Shown piece by piece: positions 57,831 through 64,000 of a DNA stretch of 64,000 bases. The notes below the pieces were generated by a model. The model saw nothing but the letters and a program-made list of their open reading frames with translations. It was not told where the DNA came from and did no database searches. Origin of the DNA: Chloroflexota bacterium (GTDB lineage: Bacteria; Chloroflexota; UBA11872; VXNJ01). The number at the start of each line of letters is the position of its first letter. Position 1 is the stretch's first letter. The translations under genes and the position numbers were made by a program. The stretch covers positions 2,853,908 through 2,917,907 of the forward strand of contig OZ244593.1 of assembly GCA_965218195.1 (NCBI GenBank), in the 5' to 3' direction.

Positions 57831-58697
57831 TCAGTCGCTCGACGCGCTTCCCGATCCGGGATCGACGCTGGCAGATGGTGGGTCGGTCACGGCCAGACCT
57901 TCGTCGCGGAGTCGCCTGCCTCCAACCACTAGAAGGCATACGGCGGTAGACATCCAAAACGTGTGAAACCCAATGACCAGGAGGCCCTGCAGTCCATCCT
58001 CCAGCCCCAACACGTTCGTCATGAAGCCCAATGTAGTGTCCGGGTTGCCGAGCCAGTAGTAGTACATCTCTACGAGAAGGAGACCGCGAACCCAGTCCGT
58101 AATTTCGAACCAGCCTAGGGTCAGGTCGAACAACATCCTCTCTGCCAGGGCATAGGCAATGCACAAAAGCGCGCCGGCCATCCTGGATCTCGTCAACAGG
58201 GTCAACAGTGCGCAGAGGAGCGCATAGGGTATTGCCAGTAGAAGAGCGCGCCCCAGGAGCTCGAGTAAGGCGATCCACGAGTGACTGGAAGCGCTGCCGG
58301 GTTCTCCCATGGGCGAGAGGGACGTCACAATCAGGGCACCCGGAAGGAGGGCCACGAAGGCTGCCACTGCAAATACCCCTAGCGCAAGAACTACAGCTAA
58401 TACGCGAGTCGAGAGCAGATTGGCAACGAAATATTGCCCCCACCCGGTTCTCTGGATGCAGCCCATGAGAACTATGGCCAAGATTGGCACGGATAAGGTA
58501 AGGCCATCCACAACGATCGAGAAGACGCTTGCCATGTGTCCGGCATTGAAGGCGTCGTCCCACGCAACGCCCAACCAGAAGTTAGCCTGTGTGAACAGCA
58601 GCAGAAGTCCAAAGGCAATCCAGGGCCAGGGCCGGCGCCGCATGACGATCCATTGGGAACGAACTAAGCGGGCAAGCGACGCCGGGTAACCAATCAT
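57831..58697 (-). CDS. Multi-pass membrane protein, ABC-2 permease-like
   Basis: About 6 hydrophobic segments, LLTRS..AG motif; no ATPase gene adjacent. Confidence 0.55.
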   Translation of the reverse strand: MIGYPASLARLVRSQWIVMRRRPWPWIAFGLLLLFTQANFWLGVAWDDAFNAGHMASVFSIVVDGLTLSVPILAIVLMGCIQRTGWGQYFVANLLSTRVLAVVLALGVFAVAAFVALLPGALIVTSLSPMGEPGSASSHSWIALLELLGRALLLAIPYALLCALLTLLTRSRMAGALLCIAYALAERMLFDLTLGWFEITDWVRGLLLVEMYYYWLGNPDTTLGFMTNVLGLEDGLQGLLVIGFHTFWMSTAVCLLVVGGRRLRDEGLAVTDPPSASVDPGSGSASSD

Positions 58698-58775
58698 TGG
58701 ACTAGCTGGCAGTGCCGCTGAATAGCCCGGGAGGTTCGCTGACCGAGTTCAGCGCCTTTCCGTGTCAACCATCCA

Positions 58776-61013
58776 TTAGCAATCCGGAAGCCCCAAGGCG
58801 CCGACATCAGTGTCGCTGACCTCTCTCAACCCCGCAGGTATGCAGCCCGTAAGCTGGTTCCCGCTGAGTTTCAACGTCTTCAGACTGGTCAAACGTCCGA
58901 ACTCTCTAGGAATCGGTCCTGTCAACTGGTTGTGGTTCAGATATAGCCATTCCAGGCTCGTCAAACGGCCCAGCTCGCCCGGTATCTCCCCTGTCAACCC
59001 GCTATAGGAGAGGTCCAGCCACCTGAGCTTCGTCAATTGACCCAACTCTGCCGGTATCTCCCCGCTCAGCCGATTGACGCTCAGGGTTAGTCCTTCCAGG
59101 CCGGCCAACCGCCCCAATTCGGCAGGTACCTCCCCACGCAACCGGTTGTATCCAAGCGACAGGTAGGCAAGCGTCTCAAGCTGGCCCAACTCCACTGGTA
59201 TCTCTCCCGTCAGCTTATTGTCATACAGGCCCAAACTCTTCACGCTTCTCAGCCGCCCCAACTCGGCCGGTATCTCCCCCTCCAGGTTGTTGCTCGAGAG
59301 CGTAAGATGGGTAACCGAGCTAAGCTGGCTCAACTCCGCCGGGATCGTCCCTGTCAACTGGTTGTTCTCGAGTTCCAGGCGCCTCAGCTTGCTCAACTGT
59401 CCCAACTCGGGCGGTATCTCCCCCGTCAACTCGTTATAGGCGAGAACAAGCTCGTCCAGGTCAGTCAGCCGCCCCAACTCCGCCGGTATCTCCCCCTCCA
59501 GGTTGTTGTCCCGAAGCGAAAAGCTCTTGAGGCTGCGCAACTCGCCCAGTTCTACCGGTATCTCGCCCGTCAGCTGATTGTTGTAGAGGTACAGAAGCCC
59601 CAGGTTACCCAACTGTCCCAACTCGCAAGGGATCGTACCCGTCAGTAAGTTATCTTCGAGTTGAAGCTGCCTGAGCTTGATCAACTGGCCCAATTCGGCC
59701 GGTATCGTCCCAGTCAATTGGTTATCGGAGAGCCTCAGGTACTTCAGCGCGCTCAACCGCCCCAATTCCCTCGGTATCTCTCCTTTTAGCTCGTTATAAG
59801 AGAGGTGCAGCCACACCAGGCCGGTCAGCCGCCCCAACTCCGGCGGGATCTGGCCCCGCAGGTTACTCGACCCAAGTCGAAGCTCCGTCACCCGTCGGGG
59901 CGATCCGCCCACCACGACCCCGTCCCACGCCCCGATGGCCCTGTGTCTACTCCAGTTCAATGTCGCCCCGCCTGCCAGCACATCCCGAATCTCCAGCAGC
60001 GTCTCGCGGTCTTCGGCTAACCCACTGTTCGCTCTCGGATCCGAAACCGCCCGGCCTGCGGCGCATGCGGCCATCTCGGGCGCCTCAGCTTCTGTTTCAG
60101 GCTCCGGAGGGACAGGCACGGGGAGTTCGAACCGCGGCAGGCTCTGTGCCGCTACGCTCGTGACCGGCGCCTTGGCCGCATCGGGAATGATCACGTTGAT
60201 CAGACTCTTCACCTTGTCCGGCAGGTTCTGCAGGCTCACCTGCCCCAACGCCGTACCAGGCGCCTCCACGTTCCATATCTCGAACACCGCCCGCTGCGCC
60301 CGCAGCATCTGCAACCCCTGCGGGTTGCCCTCGACTTCCCGTTCCTCGTACCTGATCGGCAGCCCGTACAAGTTCAGCCAGTCAGCCTCTGCCAGAAACA
60401 CGGCCTTGATCTTCGGGTTCGCGTCCAGGATCGCCAGGTGAACTTCCCTCACCTCCTCGAAGCTCAGACCCGCAGTGTCAAGCACTTGATGCCCAGGTAC
60501 GTTGGGCAGCCCCACTCCCGGATGGTCGTTGGCGAGCGCGTCGAGCGTGTTGTAGTAGTTCATGCGCCCATTGCCCGGATCCCACTGCAGTATCACCTTC
60601 TGGAACGCCTGCAACGTGAACGGCCCGTCGACCCAGCGCTGGCTGATGGGATAACCGACGGCTTGGAGGTTTCTGCCGCGCACGAAGTCCCACATTGAAA
60701 CGCCGTCGGCGTTGGTCACCGCAAACCCGTCATTGGGATCGAGCGTGTCGCCGCCGGTGATTGTGAACAGGCAGCCCTCGGGCAGTGGGATGCCTTGGTC
60801 AGGCGCACACTCGATGCCCTGCGCCGAGACGACGGTCGCAGACATGAGCAGGCCGATCATCGCCAAGACCAGCGCCCCACGCATGCCCCACGCCCCTCTC
60901 ACGACTGCCGAGCGACCTGGCCCGCCGCGATCTCCGTTCACGGCACCTGCACCAGGTCGATCACCATGACGCCCCAAGTCGACCCAGATTCGATTTAGCA
61001 ACTGGCGAGCCAT
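58776..61013 (-). CDS. Secreted plant-type LRR protein, paralog of 50311-52557
   Basis: Near-identical N-terminal half, different LRR array. Confidence 0.9.
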   Translation of the reverse strand: MARQLLNRIWVDLGRHGDRPGAGAVNGDRGGPGRSAVVRGAWGMRGALVLAMIGLLMSATVVSAQGIECAPDQGIPLPEGCLFTITGGDTLDPNDGFAVTNADGVSMWDFVRGRNLQAVGYPISQRWVDGPFTLQAFQKVILQWDPGNGRMNYYNTLDALANDHPGVGLPNVPGHQVLDTAGLSFEEVREVHLAILDANPKIKAVFLAEADWLNLYGLPIRYEEREVEGNPQGLQMLRAQRAVFEIWNVEAPGTALGQVSLQNLPDKVKSLINVIIPDAAKAPVTSVAAQSLPRFELPVPVPPEPETEAEAPEMAACAAGRAVSDPRANSGLAEDRETLLEIRDVLAGGATLNWSRHRAIGAWDGVVVGGSPRRVTELRLGSSNLRGQIPPELGRLTGLVWLHLSYNELKGEIPRELGRLSALKYLRLSDNQLTGTIPAELGQLIKLRQLQLEDNLLTGTIPCELGQLGNLGLLYLYNNQLTGEIPVELGELRSLKSFSLRDNNLEGEIPAELGRLTDLDELVLAYNELTGEIPPELGQLSKLRRLELENNQLTGTIPAELSQLSSVTHLTLSSNNLEGEIPAELGRLRSVKSLGLYDNKLTGEIPVELGQLETLAYLSLGYNRLRGEVPAELGRLAGLEGLTLSVNRLSGEIPAELGQLTKLRWLDLSYSGLTGEIPGELGRLTSLEWLYLNHNQLTGPIPREFGRLTSLKTLKLSGNQLTGCIPAGLREVSDTDVGALGLPDC

Positions 61014-61055
61014 ACTGCTCCAACTAGCATCGCCGTGCTCACTCGCCTCTTCATC

Positions 61056-63719
61056 TCATCTCGTCAGCGGCCCGGACCGCCTCCGGTTAGCCAGCCTTAC
61101 CACCACGACTGCCGTAGCCGCCAGCGGCAGCGCAAGCAGCGCCCACCAGACCGACGGCGTTACGGCTGAGGCAACTCCTTGAAGCCAGCCGCCAGATCCA
61201 TCGGACTGCTGGTCGCAATACGGAATTCGCAGGAACCAGAGATCATCGTTCCTGATACGTCTCAATGCCTCTGGAATGCAACCCGTTAGCTGGTTGCCGC
61301 GGAGGTGTAAGACCTTCATATTGGGTGGCCGACCAAGCTCCGCTGGGATCGTCCCTTCGAGCTGGTTGTCAGCGAGATCCAACTCCGTCAGATTGGACAG
61401 CCCCCCGAGTTCCGCTGGAACCACGCCTGTGAGTTGGTTATTACCGAGGTTGAGCGTCGTTAGGCTGGGCAGCCGACCGAGCTCTCCCGGAATCTCCCCG
61501 GTCAAGTCGTTGTTGTCCAAGCGCAGCACTCTCAAGTTGACCAACTTGCCGAGCTCCGTAGGAATCGCGCCTGATATTTTCGTGTAGTGCAGGTACAGTT
61601 TCTTCAGGCTGGCCAGCTCGCCCAGCTCTGTCGGAATCGCGCCTGTCAACTCGTTGCCATAGAGATAGATCTCTGTCAGGTTGGAAAGCCGACCAAGCTC
61701 CGCCGGAATCGCGCCCGTCAAACCGCGTCCGGAGCCGGAGGCGATCGCCAATACCTGTAGATTGGCGAGTTTCCCCAACTCCCGCGGAATAGAGCCGGAG
61801 ATGTCATTTACAGATAGGTTTAGGATCTCGAGGTTTACGAGCTTCCCCAACTCCCGCGGAATCGGCCCCCAGAAATAGTTGCGAGACAGGTCCAGGATCC
61901 GCAAGTTCTTCAGATTCCCCAACTCTGATGGGATGGGTCCAGACAACTTGCTACCAAACAGGTCCAGGATCTCCAGATGTGTCAGGTCCCCGATGACCCA
62001 CGGTAGCGTACGATCCGTTGAGAGGTGATCTCGCAACCCACCGCCAAGTGTCAGTCCGGTAACCCGCGGTGGAGTCCCTCCCACAGTCACGCCCCACCAC
62101 TCGTCAATGGGTACCCCGGTATTCCAGTTCAAGGCATCCTCACCGAGAAGGGCGTCACGCAGTTCGATCAGCGTCTCACAGTCCTGCACGAGGCCCGCGT
62201 TCTCTTCAGGATCTTCCACCATGTGCCCCTGAGAACATGCCTCCTCGGTCGTCACATCGGGGGCGACCGAGTTCTCTGCCACTAGGCCCGCACCACTCGC
62301 TCGCACGAGCACCCGGTCGTTCGTCCCGTCCGGCGCCATGGTGTAGAGCAGCGTTCCGTCCTGGTTGGGTCGCCCCACTCTACTGATCGCGATCTGGTCC
62401 CCATCTGGCGACCATGCAGCCACAACTCCATCCTTGAAGGTGACCGGCGATGTGCCCACCAGCGTCCCGTCCACTCCAACGACGCACACCCGCTCGCCGC
62501 ACGTGTGCAGGAACTGCGTCCCCGAAGGCGACCACGCCAGCGTCCCGACCCATGTCTGCGACGGATTGGACCCCGCGCTCCGGACCCTGATCGTGGTTAC
62601 TCGCCGCGCGTCTGTCCCATCCCTCGCGATGGTGTAGAGCGCCACCTCGTTCCCGTCAGGCCGGGCGAACGCTATCCGCTCCCCATCGGGGGACCACGAC
62701 GGCTCGCTCAAGGTCTCCGACAGCTGCTTCAGGTGAGAGCCCGTGGCGTCCACCGTGTAAACAGACGGCTGCATTTCAAACTCTCCGACATCCCCCACGA
62801 AGGCTAGGCTAAGCCCGTTCGGCGACCATTTCGGCGGATGGCTGACGGACAGGCTCTTAGGCCCTCCGACCCGACGTATGTCGGTCCCATCCCTCGCCAT
62901 CGTGTACAGCCGCGGCTGAATTGCTCCTGTCGGCTGTCCGCCCAATAGTGGATAGGCGGAGTTGTACTTCGAAATAAATGCGATCCGCTCGCCGTCCGGC
63001 GACCACTCCGGCGCGTTGCCCACGAAGAGACGTTCTCGCTCACCGCTCGCCACATCCAGTGCCACGATCTCGTACAGGTCCGTTGCCAGCGAGAATGCGA
63101 CCTCGCTGGCCCGATATCGGACTGAACCCGTAACGGGATAGTCACATTCCCGAACTCCAGAGTCCTCGCGTGAATACAGACATTCCGTGATCTCTGGATC
63201 TCTTCCGTCTGGCGAATGACGCCTGCACGCCGCGTAGGCGAGTTTCGTCCCGTCTGCCGATACGTCAACGTGTGTCGTCCGTATCGTGGTCAACCTCGAA
63301 GGCCCGACGAACACATTCTCCGATGCATTTACGACGCCCGTAAGCCGTGATCCGTCCGCGGCCACGTTGTAAACGGCCGTTGCGTAGGTGAACAGCACCT
63401 GATCGCCTTCGCCGGTCCACCGCACGGATGGCTGCGGACCGCTACCCTGGCCTCCTTTATAGGTGTAGACCTCGCAGGGGCCGCTAAGGGTTACCTCCTC
63501 GCCTGCCTCCTCGGCCGATGGTGGTTTACGCAACTGCGCCCAAGTGCCGGTCCCGGCGGCGCCTGTGTCTCCCTGTGACGCGGCGACCGGTTCTGGCCCG
63601 GTCGACGAACTCCCTGGTAAGCCAACCACGCCCGCTACCAATACGAGCGCGACCCACAACAAGGCGGTCCTTTTCCGCCGCCTCAGCACAGCCCTCTGCA
63701 ACAATCTCGTCTCCGCCAT
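61056..63719 (-). CDS. TolB/PD40 + LRR protein with C-terminal TM anchor
   Basis: WSPDG repeats, NAGLVQDCETL cap, LRRs, WWALLALPL + RRR tail. Confidence 0.9.
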   Translation of the reverse strand: MAETRLLQRAVLRRRKRTALLWVALVLVAGVVGLPGSSSTGPEPVAASQGDTGAAGTGTWAQLRKPPSAEEAGEEVTLSGPCEVYTYKGGQGSGPQPSVRWTGEGDQVLFTYATAVYNVAADGSRLTGVVNASENVFVGPSRLTTIRTTHVDVSADGTKLAYAACRRHSPDGRDPEITECLYSREDSGVRECDYPVTGSVRYRASEVAFSLATDLYEIVALDVASGERERLFVGNAPEWSPDGERIAFISKYNSAYPLLGGQPTGAIQPRLYTMARDGTDIRRVGGPKSLSVSHPPKWSPNGLSLAFVGDVGEFEMQPSVYTVDATGSHLKQLSETLSEPSWSPDGERIAFARPDGNEVALYTIARDGTDARRVTTIRVRSAGSNPSQTWVGTLAWSPSGTQFLHTCGERVCVVGVDGTLVGTSPVTFKDGVVAAWSPDGDQIAISRVGRPNQDGTLLYTMAPDGTNDRVLVRASGAGLVAENSVAPDVTTEEACSQGHMVEDPEENAGLVQDCETLIELRDALLGEDALNWNTGVPIDEWWGVTVGGTPPRVTGLTLGGGLRDHLSTDRTLPWVIGDLTHLEILDLFGSKLSGPIPSELGNLKNLRILDLSRNYFWGPIPRELGKLVNLEILNLSVNDISGSIPRELGKLANLQVLAIASGSGRGLTGAIPAELGRLSNLTEIYLYGNELTGAIPTELGELASLKKLYLHYTKISGAIPTELGKLVNLRVLRLDNNDLTGEIPGELGRLPSLTTLNLGNNQLTGVVPAELGGLSNLTELDLADNQLEGTIPAELGRPPNMKVLHLRGNQLTGCIPEALRRIRNDDLWFLRIPYCDQQSDGSGGWLQGVASAVTPSVWWALLALPLAATAVVVVRLANRRRSGPLTR

Positions 63720-64000
63720 CAGCTCATTTGGTACAAGACGTACATAGCCATCACGTCAAATGGCTGCGGGGAACAACCGAAAGCTGCATTGAGGTGGGCA
63801 GTCATGACCGAATCACCTATCGTCGGATGAGAGGAAGTGGGCCCCGTCCCAGCTTGGCGTATGCCTAGAGCATGTCCAACCTCATGGACCAGAACAGCAT
63901 ACGCATGATGGCTTTCGTCAAGGCACGTATTGAACCGCACATCGGCTCTGTCAACTCTCTCGTTGCCGCCGGGTATTTGCAGTGGATCGTTCTGCAATGC
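63719..64000 (-). CDS. C-terminus of metzincin-type zinc metalloprotease (enters from window edge)
   Basis: HEVGHALGI zinc motif, DSVM Met-turn; TGATG stop/start overlap with next gene. Confidence 0.8.
   Translation of the reverse strand, partial: ALQNDPLQIPGGNERVDRADVRFNTCLDESHHAYAVLVHEVGHALGIRQAGTGPTSSHPTIGDSVMTAHLNAAFGCSPQPFDVMAMYVLYQMS

Larger units (their letters stand above)
41561..64000 (+). mobile_element. Left part of integrative element D; right boundary not visible
   Basis: P' half, conserved block and TA pair at its start; extent beyond ~43 kb is inferred only. Confidence 0.35.

Noticed and set aside
47431-63719. CRISPR array or diversity-generating retroelement behind the repeats
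   Set aside because: Repeats are in-frame protein repeats; no repeat-spacer array, cas gene, reverse transcriptase or adenine-specific TR/VR pair seen

Overview
GC-rich accessory region, probably from a host-associated (sponge-symbiont-like) Chloroflexota bacterium; this is inferred from the eukaryote-like repeat proteins and the GYPIS/YGLPI surface domain. The window is organised by a family of integrative elements. Each element appears to run: right half-site P' - about 450 bp conserved non-coding block - toxin-antitoxin pair - cargo - restriction-modification genes - dif-like 28-mer - Xer-like tyrosine recombinase - large serine recombinase (LSR) whose last codons contain the att site. Three att junctions share a central CA (3554-3555, 8189-8190, 41561-41562). 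The one at 8189 cuts a GNAT gene exactly at its acetyl-CoA motif and defines an apparently complete ~33.4 kb element (8189-41562), nested in one relative and in tandem with another. The P' half encodes the integrase's own C-terminal tail (..VIAA/..VAV, degron-like). Cargo includes ankyrin, LRR, TolB-LRR, RCC1-like and Fn3 proteins, a type I RM system, an ECF sigma/vWA pair with a shared promoter motif, SRAP, and several IS3-family elements and remnants. No rRNA, tRNA or CRISPR array was seen. All family assignments are by eye from motifs; no searches were run.
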